Shown: positions 29,995 to 39,100 of the stretch, piece after piece
Numbering within the stretch: the first letter of the stretch is position 1
How the letters are laid out: each line of letters opens with the position of its first letter
DNA from: Cyanobacteria bacterium J06626_4
Lineage (GTDB): Bacteria; Cyanobacteriota; Cyanobacteriia; Phormidesmidales; Phormidesmidaceae
Direction of reading: 5' to 3'
Length of the DNA stretch: 42,481 bases
NCBI GenBank assembly: GCA_038523235.1
Contig: JBCBJQ010000049.1
Span: 1 to 42,481, forward strand
Program-made: the position numbers and the translations under genes
The notes under the pieces: model-generated
Database searches by the model: none
Seen by the model: the letters and a program-made list of their open reading frames with translations, nothing else
What the model was told of the DNA's origin: nothing

Positions 29995-30792
29995 ATGTCT
30001 GATCTCGACACGCTAGACAAAATAGATGCGCCTTCCCCGCCTCAGTCGGCGACGCCAACGCGAGCTTGGCGCTGGCAATGGCTGCTGGCACCGCTTATGG
30101 GCTTCTCGATTGTTTTGCACATCGCGCTGCTGTTTGTGCCGTTGCCAGCGCCCGAAAATCCTGAAGAGGTGGAAGAGGAGCCGCCCGAAGCCGACGAAGA
30201 GATTGCCGTTGACATTCTCAACCTGTCAGAAATTGTGGCTCCCGAACCGCCGCCCGAGCAGCCCGAACAACCGCCTCAGCCGGAAGCCGCGCCACCACCA
30301 CCCGCCGAGGTGCCAGCACCGCCCGATCCCACTCAGGAACTCGCACCGGCTGAGCAGGACACCTTTGAGGATCAGCTCCCGATTGATGATGGCCTGGATG
30401 AGCCGCCGCCCTTCGACCCAGGGCCTTCGAGAAATGTCTTTATCGACGGGATTGCCAACCTACCCGTGACTGATCAAACAGACGTTGTGGGACTACCGCC
30501 ACCTAACAATTTTCGACAACCGGGTAACGCTGGTTGTTTTATCGATCCGGCTGGAGGCCCCCACCCGAATGCACGTGATGCCCGCTTGCTAGAGCTCGAA
30601 CCGAGTGACGTCTATGCTGTGTTGCAAGACTCCTATGCCTCCAGCGGCATTACGTTCACTGAGCGAGACCTGCGCTGCGGCGAGCGTTTTTTTGAAGCTT
30701 TCACCGCTGCAGGTGAATCGTTTATGACCTTTAGCCTAGCCCAGCTTAAGGGCTCAACGCTGCTCGTCATCTGGGAGACGCCCCCCCAGTAA
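29995..30792 (+). CDS. TonB-like membrane-anchored protein A (SxxxH anchor, Pro/Glu linker, unassigned C-terminal domain)
   Basis: TM segment FSIVLHIALLF; PEPPPEQPEQPP linker; C-terminal CFIDP...CGE...TLLVIWETPPQ. Confidence 0.7.
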   Translation: MSDLDTLDKIDAPSPPQSATPTRAWRWQWLLAPLMGFSIVLHIALLFVPLPAPENPEEVEEEPPEADEEIAVDILNLSEIVAPEPPPEQPEQPPQPEAAPPPPAEVPAPPDPTQELAPAEQDTFEDQLPIDDGLDEPPPFDPGPSRNVFIDGIANLPVTDQTDVVGLPPPNNFRQPGNAGCFIDPAGGPHPNARDARLLELEPSDVYAVLQDSYASSGITFTERDLRCGERFFEAFTAAGESFMTFSLAQLKGSTLLVIWETPPQ

Positions 30793-30857
30793 ACTTGTGG
30801 TGAGCCGATTTTTGCTTCCTGACGTCAACGATTTAATCACTCACCTTCGTCGCCCCC

Positions 30858-31361
30858 ATGCTGCAAGACAGTTGCCCCCCAACCGTTCAAACGCCTCACC
30901 AACCCAGCCCCACTCGGCAGTGGCAGTGGCTGTTACTGCCACTGCTATTCGGCGGTGTGAGTCTGCAAGGGCCATCGTTGGCTCTGGAACCCTCTAACGA
31001 TGTCTTGCTGGCTGATGTTGACAATTCATCTTTGTTTGATCAATCGGCAGAAGCGGATTTTCCAGAAGTCAATCTGTTTGAGCAGCCAGAGCATGCTGCT
31101 TGCTTTATTGATCCGGCGACTGGCGAGGCGGTGGCCGAGGCGCGGGATGTTCGCTGGCTAGAACTGGCCCCAAGTGAAGTCTTGGCGGTTTTGCAAGAGA
31201 CCTTTGCTTCTAGCGGCATGATGTTCAATGAGCTAGACGCATTTTGCGGCGAGCAATATTTTGCGGCCTTGACGGGTACCGGCGAATCTTTCATGACCTT
31301 CAGTCTGGTCGCGCTTAAGGACTGGACACTTTTCGTCGTTTGGGAGACGCCGCCTCAGTAA
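30858..31361 (+). CDS. Chimeric paralog B (N-terminus like gene C, C-terminal domain like gene A)
   Basis: MLQDS...WQWLL start shared with the 31432 gene; CFIDP...CGE...GESFMTFSL...WETPPQ shared with the 29995 gene. Confidence 0.75.
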   Translation: MLQDSCPPTVQTPHQPSPTRQWQWLLLPLLFGGVSLQGPSLALEPSNDVLLADVDNSSLFDQSAEADFPEVNLFEQPEHAACFIDPATGEAVAEARDVRWLELAPSEVLAVLQETFASSGMMFNELDAFCGEQYFAALTGTGESFMTFSLVALKDWTLFVVWETPPQ

Positions 31362-31431
31362 GCTTTTGTTCATTCGATTGTTGTCTCCCCTGACATCAAC
31401 GTTCTAACCACTTACCTCTGCTGCCCCCACC

Positions 31432-33291
31432 ATGCTTCAAGACAGCCGCTCTCTCGACGCTCCCCCCCCTGCTAAAGCCAAGTCCTTTCAGTACTGGCGT
31501 TGGCTACTGCCGCCGATGCTGTTGGCGTCTGTTGGTTTGCATGGGTTGGTACTCTTTGCTCCAGTTGGCCCTTCTGAAGACGATCTCTTGCCCCCTCCTG
31601 ACCCCGAAGAGGATGGCATCGCGATCACGAAAATTGAAGCGCCGCAACCGCGGCAACCCGTGGCCGCCCCGACTAATCCTGGCACGGTCAAAACAGCTCC
31701 GGCCCGAAGTAGCGCCGCAGCAGCAACGCCAGCGACACCAGCACGTTCAGCGAGCAGCACGCAGTCAAATACGGGCCAGCGGCAAAGTCCGACTGCTCCG
31801 TCGCAGTCGAGCGGCCGATCGCCCCGATCAGGGCAGCCTACTGTCCCCGATTTATCGACGGTCGATTCGGTGCAAAATCCCAACCCTGATACCCCCGCTG
31901 TCGAGGTTCCAGTTGCCGATACCCCCACCGATCCGTTTGAGGAATATATCGAGGTCTTCGGTAGTTACAACGGGGTAACTGTGACGGCAGACGCGGATCA
32001 GGAGCGTAGTAGCTGGTTAGGGAGTTTTAGCGATCGCGGTGCGGCCTTTACTGATCTAGAAATTCAGCCCCTCACCTCGCTCGACCCGCTACCTTACGCC
32101 GCCAACATCTGCCTGCCCAGCGCCCCCACGACTGCCGAAGTGCTCGTTTTAGTTGATGCCGACGGTGAGTTAGATAACTATCAACCCTTTTTGCAGCAAA
32201 CCGGCTATCGCCACTTTAATGACGCGGCCAAAGCGCTGATTGCAGCCCATGAGTTTCCTGAGGCGGCGGGGCCGCAAGCCTACTTAGCGGAAGTGGCGGT
32301 TGACTACGATGCCGACGACTGTGAATGGCCCCCTGAGGTTGACCGCATCCCCAGCGATTATTTCACCGTCTTAGAGGCCTACGTCGGACCAGAACTGACT
32401 ACCCCCCGAGAGGCCGCCACGGCTCAGGTTGATTGGCTCAAAGTCCTGCAGGAGGCAGATGAGCTTAATTTGCCGGAGGGAGATTTAGAGGCCACCGAAC
32501 TCGCCGATTTTGAGCCCGAAGTGGAATATGCGCTTGCCATTTGTCTGCCACTGCCCCCCCGGGATGCCAAGTGGGGAGTGATCGTGCAGCCCGACGGCAG
32601 TCTCAGCGGTGAACCCCACCCTTTACGCTCGACAGGCTATGACAGTTTTAACGATCGCGCTCTAGAGCTGGTCAAAAACTATGACTTTCCCGAAGCTGAT
32701 GCCCCTCAGATTTACGTGGTCACCGTTCCTGTTGACTACAACGCAACCAACTGTACAACCCTAGAAACATTTGAGGCCGCCGAGCCGACCCCTTCAGATT
32801 CTGCCAGCGATTCTGAGGATGCGGCTGATGCTGCGGCCACGACAACAGATGAGCCACCGGTAGAAGCGCTGGCCTTTAGTCCTGACCAGCAGACCGAACT
32901 CATTGACAGAGGTCGTCGCAACGTCGTTGACGATATGACCGGTGCCCTTAACGACCAGCCTGGTATCGCCGCCGATTTTCTAGCCGGTAACTGGCCACCA
33001 GATATTGATCAGAGCTGTTTCCTATCGGAACTCGATCCAGACGCTGGAGTGGTGCCGGTAGAAGCCGCCGCTGATGCGCTAATTGTGACCCTCAATGCCG
33101 AGGAGACACCCCCACGTCTGTCTCAGTTTTACGGCACCGAAGTCGAGGACGCGGGGGAATATTGTGATGCCCTGCTGGTGCAAATGTCGCTGGAGGGCGT
33201 GCCCCAACTCTTTGCCTCAATCATTGGCTTTGGCGATGGCAATGCCAACACGCTAGCCGTCATTTGGCGAGCAGATCCGCGTGATGAATAG
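31432..33291 (+). CDS. TonB-like protein C with two TonB_C-like repeats and the shared C-terminal domain
   Basis: TM segment ASVGLHGLVL; Pro/Ser/Thr linker; repeats VLVDADG...TGYRHFNDAA and VIVQPDG...STGYDSFNDRA; tail SCF...YC...TLAVIW. Confidence 0.72.
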   Translation: MLQDSRSLDAPPPAKAKSFQYWRWLLPPMLLASVGLHGLVLFAPVGPSEDDLLPPPDPEEDGIAITKIEAPQPRQPVAAPTNPGTVKTAPARSSAAAATPATPARSASSTQSNTGQRQSPTAPSQSSGRSPRSGQPTVPDLSTVDSVQNPNPDTPAVEVPVADTPTDPFEEYIEVFGSYNGVTVTADADQERSSWLGSFSDRGAAFTDLEIQPLTSLDPLPYAANICLPSAPTTAEVLVLVDADGELDNYQPFLQQTGYRHFNDAAKALIAAHEFPEAAGPQAYLAEVAVDYDADDCEWPPEVDRIPSDYFTVLEAYVGPELTTPREAATAQVDWLKVLQEADELNLPEGDLEATELADFEPEVEYALAICLPLPPRDAKWGVIVQPDGSLSGEPHPLRSTGYDSFNDRALELVKNYDFPEADAPQIYVVTVPVDYNATNCTTLETFEAAEPTPSDSASDSEDAADAAATTTDEPPVEALAFSPDQQTELIDRGRRNVVDDMTGALNDQPGIAADFLAGNWPPDIDQSCFLSELDPDAGVVPVEAAADALIVTLNAEETPPRLSQFYGTEVEDAGEYCDALLVQMSLEGVPQLFASIIGFGDGNANTLAVIWRADPRDE

Positions 33292-33375
33292 TACGTGCGC
33301 CAAGTTCTGTGGGCATCGACCAGCCGCCATATCGCCGCTCCAGCATGCTTCCCAGAGCTCGATTGACACCGACCG

Positions 33376-34446
33376 CTAATTTTCTTGCCAGTTGGGCGGG
33401 TTACCAGAGGAGCCGCTCTCTTGCATCAGTCGACCCGGCGTACTGGTCACTTCATCGAGCTGGCTGACTTCAAAAATTAGCTGATAGGGTCGCCGCATCT
33501 CGCGCTCGACAAATTCTTCGAGCAGACCGACCTGCACAGGGGTGACCGGTTCGTTGGCATACACCGTCAGCGTGACAATGGGCGGGTCAACATACCAATC
33601 CGTTTCTAGCGACACCAATCGTACCCGTTGAAAGGTGACCGTCTTATCCAAGAGCGCCCGTTCCAAATTGGATTCCAGCCGATCTTGACGAATCAGCTGG
33701 TAAGACGTCACCCCCAGGGGAAACACCAGCAAACTAGTCAGGGCCAGGGTTAGGCCCAATGGACGCGTCGCCCGTCCAAAGGGTGAATAGCCCGCCCAGA
33801 GGAAGACCAGCATGCAGGCCAAGGTAATGCCCAGCAGGTTAGTGACATAGAGCAGCATGGCCCCCGCCGCCGTTTGCAGTTCAAATTTGGCAAGCCACAG
33901 CCCCACCACACACAACGGCGGCATCAAGGCGACGGCGATCGCCGTACCCGCCAGAGAACTTGAGAGCTTGGCTTCGATTTTGGCGAATCCGGCCAGGGCA
34001 CCAGCGGTGACGGCGATGCCTAAATCTAGCAGGGTGGGCTGGGTACGGCCCCACACTTCGCTGCCATAGTCAGACAAGTTAACGGCCCGCCCCAACAGAA
34101 AGGAAATGCCGATCGCTAAGGTGGTGCCAATAACAATGGCGCGTAGGCTGGTGCGAATCAGCGGCTCCTCGGCTTCTAAAATGCCGAAGGCCAGGCCCCG
34201 AATCGGCAGCATCAGCGGCGCAATCAGCATCGCCCCAATAATGACGGCGGCACTGTTAGACAGCAGGCCAAAGGTGGCAATCATGCAGGCCCCAATCGTC
34301 AACACCTTGAAGCTATTGCCGGGGGTTGCCTCCTCTAGCAGACTATCGCCCATATGCTTCAGCGCCTGCGGAGACACCCGTCTCCCACTGCTCAGGTATT
34401 TTTTGCGGAACGTCTGAAGCCGCTCTAGGAGAGCATTCATGGGCAT
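33376..34446 (-). CDS. DUF389 / TIGR00341 family membrane protein
   Basis: IATFGLL.NSAAVIIGAMLIAPLM.PI, RTQPTLLDL.IA and GTAIAVALMPPL. Confidence 0.9.
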   Translation of the reverse strand: MPMNALLERLQTFRKKYLSSGRRVSPQALKHMGDSLLEEATPGNSFKVLTIGACMIATFGLLSNSAAVIIGAMLIAPLMLPIRGLAFGILEAEEPLIRTSLRAIVIGTTLAIGISFLLGRAVNLSDYGSEVWGRTQPTLLDLGIAVTAGALAGFAKIEAKLSSSLAGTAIAVALMPPLCVVGLWLAKFELQTAAGAMLLYVTNLLGITLACMLVFLWAGYSPFGRATRPLGLTLALTSLLVFPLGVTSYQLIRQDRLESNLERALLDKTVTFQRVRLVSLETDWYVDPPIVTLTVYANEPVTPVQVGLLEEFVEREMRRPYQLIFEVSQLDEVTSTPGRLMQESGSSGNPPNWQEN

Positions 34447-34712
34447 AGGGCGGATAGGGGGGCTTGTGAACTAGTGTATTCTGCCCCAGCGGGCTGGGCG
34501 ATCTCGCGTTCAAAATGGCAACGGCCCCGCGATCGTTGAGCCGGTTACACCAAGTTGGCAGGATTATTCTCCAGCTACAGACGTTTAGCGCTACTCTGAA
34601 GAAAATTTGAGAAGTTTAAAGTAAATCCATTCAACTTTAGAAGTCGATCATCCTGTTCAATCATCGCTTGAGAGACCGCTTAGATCCTGCACTCCTTCTG
34701 GGCTAAAGCTTT

Positions 34713-36020
34713 ATGGTGATCGGTCACTACTCGCCGTTGTGGCATCGTTTCAGCCAATCCGGGCGGCCATCCTTAAGCCTGGGTCTAGCAGCGGTTTGTC
34801 TCAGCCTGTCGAGCTGTGCTCTCAGCCAGCGAGCGGGGGGCGGGCCTGATCGCGCCGCCCGAGCCGACGAGATCGTGGCCATCGATGCGACCATCGCTGA
34901 AGCCGGCACCTTAGCGGGAGAACCCACCTATACCGGCACCACAGAGCCGGTGCAGCAGGTGGTGCTGCGATCGCGGGTCGATGGCCAGGTCACCGCGCTG
35001 ACAGTTGACATCGGCGATGGGGTCGCCAACGGTGACATCGTCGCCCGGTTAGACGCCGATTTGCTCACGGTAGAGGTTAACCAAGCTCAGGCCGAACTGC
35101 GCGCCCGTGAGTCAGAGGTGGCGCAAGCCCAAGCCGCCGTCAGCGATGCCGAAACCGCCTTAGAATCAGCCCGCGTGCAGCTGCTGCAGGCGCAAACCGA
35201 CGCTGATCGCCTGTCGCGCCTCGCTGCGGAGGGGGCGGTGTCAGCCCAAACCGCCGAACAGGCCCAACTGACGGTGCAGACCGGGCAACAGTTATTGCAG
35301 TCGGCGGCCGAACAAATCCGCACGCGTCAAGCTGCCGTCAGCGCCGCCCAGGGCCGCGTCGAGGCCCAGCAGGCCGTGGTGGCGCAAACCCAAGAACGGC
35401 TTTCCTTCGCTATTCTGCGATCGCCGTTATCCGGGGTGGTGATTGAGCGCTTGGTCGACCCCGGTGACTATGCCGAATCAGGCGACGAACTCATGCAAAT
35501 CGGCGACCTCAGCCGCCTCAAAGTCACGATTGACGTGTCCGATCTGGACCTGGCTCAAGTGTCGGTCGGTCAGCCCGTGACCGTTCGCCTGGATGCCTTT
35601 CCGGCGGAGGCCCTGGCGGGGCGCATCACCCGCATTGCCCCCGCTGCCGATGCCACCTCGCGCCTGGTGCCGGTGGAAATCACCGTCGATAACGCCAACG
35701 ACCGGGTCGGCAGCGGTCTACTGGCACGGGTCACCCTAACGGCCACCGAGCGCGATCGCGTCGCCATTCCCCAAGCGGCTCTAGAACTAGCCGACAGCGC
35801 CGCCGCGCCGACCGTCTTCGTCGTCGAGACAACGGATGGTGAAACCGGCACCGTTCAGGCCCGCCCCGTCGAACTCGGCCAAACCACCGACGACCGCATC
35901 GAAGTCTTATCAGGCCTGCAACCGGGTGAAACCTACGTTATTCGCAGCGGCGGCGAACTCAGCGATGGGCAGACTGTGCGGCTGAGCATCTTGTCGGAAA
36001 CTGATGCTGAGACCAATTAG
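34713..36020 (+). CDS. RND efflux periplasmic adaptor (membrane fusion protein)
   Basis: Lipoyl half-motifs RSRVDGQV and RSPLSGVV, a long coiled coil, RIAPAADATSR and EVLSGLQPGE; lipobox-like LSSC. Confidence 0.92.
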   Translation: MVIGHYSPLWHRFSQSGRPSLSLGLAAVCLSLSSCALSQRAGGGPDRAARADEIVAIDATIAEAGTLAGEPTYTGTTEPVQQVVLRSRVDGQVTALTVDIGDGVANGDIVARLDADLLTVEVNQAQAELRARESEVAQAQAAVSDAETALESARVQLLQAQTDADRLSRLAAEGAVSAQTAEQAQLTVQTGQQLLQSAAEQIRTRQAAVSAAQGRVEAQQAVVAQTQERLSFAILRSPLSGVVIERLVDPGDYAESGDELMQIGDLSRLKVTIDVSDLDLAQVSVGQPVTVRLDAFPAEALAGRITRIAPAADATSRLVPVEITVDNANDRVGSGLLARVTLTATERDRVAIPQAALELADSAAAPTVFVVETTDGETGTVQARPVELGQTTDDRIEVLSGLQPGETYVIRSGGELSDGQTVRLSILSETDAETN

Positions 36021-36117
36021 GAGTTCGGAGTTCGGAATGCGGAATTAGGAAGCCAAAACTCCGAACTCAAAACTCCGAACTCAAAACTCCGAACTCAAAA
36101 CTCCGAACTCAAAACTC
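36015..36117. repeat. Opposed heptameric STRR-type arrays
   Basis: GAGTTCG GAGTTCG GAATGCG GAATTAG, then (CAAAACTCCGAACT)x4 plus CAAAACTC at 36054-36117. Confidence 0.9.
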
Positions 36118-36156
36118 TTTCTCCCCGACCCTCTACCCTCCACTCCCCCTTTCCCC

Positions 36157-39100
36157 ATGCCCCCCTCCTCCCCTAGCATCACCACCGTTGCCATTCGCCG
36201 TCACATTGGCGTGCTGATGTTGGCGATCGCCGTCATTGTCATGGGGCTGTTTTTTATCACCCGGCTGCCAGTCGATTTGCTACCGTCGATCACCTATCCC
36301 CGCATTGGGTTGCGGTTAGATGCACCGGGCGTTTCCCCCGAGGTGGCAGTGGACGAAATTACCCGGCCCCTTGAGCAGGGACTAGCCGCGACGGAAGGGG
36401 TGGTGCAGATCTATTCGCAAACGCGCGAGGGCCGCATCAGCGTTGATCTATTTTTTGAACCGGGCGGCGATATCAACCAGGCGCTGAACGATGCCACCGC
36501 CACCCTCAACCGCACCCGCGACGATCTGCCGGATAACGTCGGCGAGCCCCGGCTGTTTAAGTTTGATCCATCTCAGCTGCCCGTGTATGAAATGGCGCTC
36601 ACCTCGGAGTCGTTGCCCGATAGCGCCTTGAGAATTTTTGCCGATGAAGAGCTGGCGCGGGAACTCAACACTCTGCCCGGTGTGGCCAGCGTCGATGTGT
36701 CCGGTGGTTTGCAAGAAGAGGTGCAGGTCAACATTGATCCCAATCGTTTGCAGGCGTTGGGGTTAGGCCTGGTCGACGTGCTGGCAGCGCTCGAAGCGCG
36801 CAATCAAGATACCTCGGGGGGGCGCATTCGCGGCGACGAAGCCGAAACGCTAACGCGGGTGGTCGGGCGCTTTGGCGATGCCGACGAGATTCGCAACCTG
36901 CAGTTTGAAGTGGGCGATGCCGAGGCTCCGCAACAGGTCTACCTGCGCAACTTTGCCGAAGTCGTGGATGGCACCGAAGAGCAGCGCATTTACGTCTCGT
37001 TGAATCAGGCTCCGGCGGTCAAGGTGAGTGTGCAAAAGCAGCCTGACGCCAATACCGTCGCGGTGGTGCAGGTCGTCACCGAGCGGTTGGCGGCCCTAGA
37101 GGCGGCGGGCCTCTTTCCGGATGATTTGGTGATGAACGTCACGCTAGATGAGTCGGTCTTCATTCAAAACTCCATTCGCAACGTCGCCGTGGCGGGGCTG
37201 ACTGGCGCTTCATTGGCGGCGATCGCGGTGTTCTTTTTCCTCGGTTCGCTGCGGCAAACCTTGATTATTGTGCTAGCGATTCCCTTAGCAGCGCTGACGG
37301 CGATCATTCTTATCGGCGTATTTGGTCTGTCACTCAATGTGTTTAGCCTGGGGGGGCTGGCCCTCGGCGTGGGCATCGTGGTGGATAACTCTATCGTCAT
37401 GCTCGAAAACATTGCCCAGGGAGCCGAATCACTGACTCGGCAGCGAGCCAGTCAGAGTAACGGTAACGGTAACGGCAACGGCAATGGTAAGGACAATGGC
37501 CATGGGGTAATTGCGGCGTCATTGCCCGAGCAGATGATGACTCAGGCCGAGCAGAGCAGCCAGCAGTTAGAATCGGCCCTGCTGGCGGCGACCACGACCA
37601 ATCTAGTCGCGGTGCTGCCGTTTTTGCTGATTGGCGGCTTGATTTCACTCATTTTTAACGAGCTGATTTTGACCATTAGCTTTGCCGTGGAAGCGTCCTT
37701 GCTGATTGCTCTCACCATTGTCCCCACGTTGGCGGCGCGGCTGTTGGCCCTGCCAGGGTCGAGCGGCCTGCAAAGCATGCCGGTGATGCGGCAGTTTGAT
37801 CAGCGGCTGCAGGGCTTGACCCGGCAATATCAGAGACTTCTAGGCCGGGTGCTCAGACGACGACTGTGGGCGATCACGATCGCCTTTTTGCTCTTTGGCG
37901 GCAGCAGCTTGGGGATGGTTAGCCGCATTCCCCAAGAGATTTTGCCGCGTATTGATACCGGCCAGGCGAGTCTGCGGGCGCAGTTTCCCCCTGGTACCCC
38001 CCTGGCCGACAACCGCCGCGTCATGGCCGCCGTGGATGAAGTGCTGCTGGCCCAGCCGGAGGTCGAATACGTGTTCACGACGTCGGGGGGCTTTTTGTTT
38101 GCCAGCATCACCAGCGCCAACGCCCTCCGCGGCACCAGCACCGTCACCCTCAAGCCCGGCACCTCGGTGGAAAGCTTTGTCGGTCGGGTCAACGGGGCGC
38201 TGCAAGCGCTCAATCTAGTGGATATTCGCCTACGGGTGTCGCCAGAGTCGGTACGCGGCTTGATTTTGAGCAATTCGCCCGTGCGCGGGGCCGATGTCGA
38301 TATTATTCTGCAAAGTGCCGACAGCGAGGCTCTACAGCAGGCCGGGCAGCAGGTGCTCGCCGCGTTGGATGAGCAGGCTACACTGGCCCGCTATAGCCCC
38401 GATGCCGACCCGCCCCAGCCAGAAACGCAGATTCGCCCCGACTGGTCACGGGCGGATGATTTAGGGCTCTCGGCGCAACTGATCGGCGAGACGGTGCAGA
38501 CGCTGATTGATGGGGCCGTGCCCACCCAACTGCAGCGAGGCGATCGCCTGATTGATGTGCGCGTGCAGCTGCCGGATACCGCGATCGAGACCCCGGCCCA
38601 GCTGCGTCAGCTGCCCCTTTACACGGCAGGCGGGCAGGCGGTGCAGCTGAGCGATGTGGCGACGGTGGCAGCGGGGCGGGCACCCGGTGAAATCCAGCGG
38701 ATTAATCAGCGTCAGGTGTTTATCATCGCCGGTCGCCTTTCTGAAGGAGCCGTGCTGGGCGAGGCGCTGGAAGAGATGACGCAAATCTTGGCGGCGATCG
38801 ATCTGCCTGAGGGCGTTTCTGTGCTGCCCAGCGCCAACGCCGAAGCCAATCGGGCAATTCAAGGGTCGCTCCTTACCCTGGGCGGCCTTGCTACGTTCTT
38901 GGTGTTTACGGTCATGGCGGTGCAGTACAACTCGCTGATCGATCCGCTGGTGATTATGCTGACGGTACCTTTAGCCTTGGCAGGCGGTATTTTGGGCTTG
39001 TTCGTCACCCAAACGGCGATTGGGGCAACGGTGATTGTCGGGGGGGTGCTGCTGGTGGGCATTGTAGTTAACAACGCCATCATTTTGGTCGAGCTAGCGA

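Noticed and set aside
36054..36117. Possible CRISPR or iteron array
   Set aside because: Contiguous 14-mers built from STRR-type heptamers, with no spacers and no rep gene.
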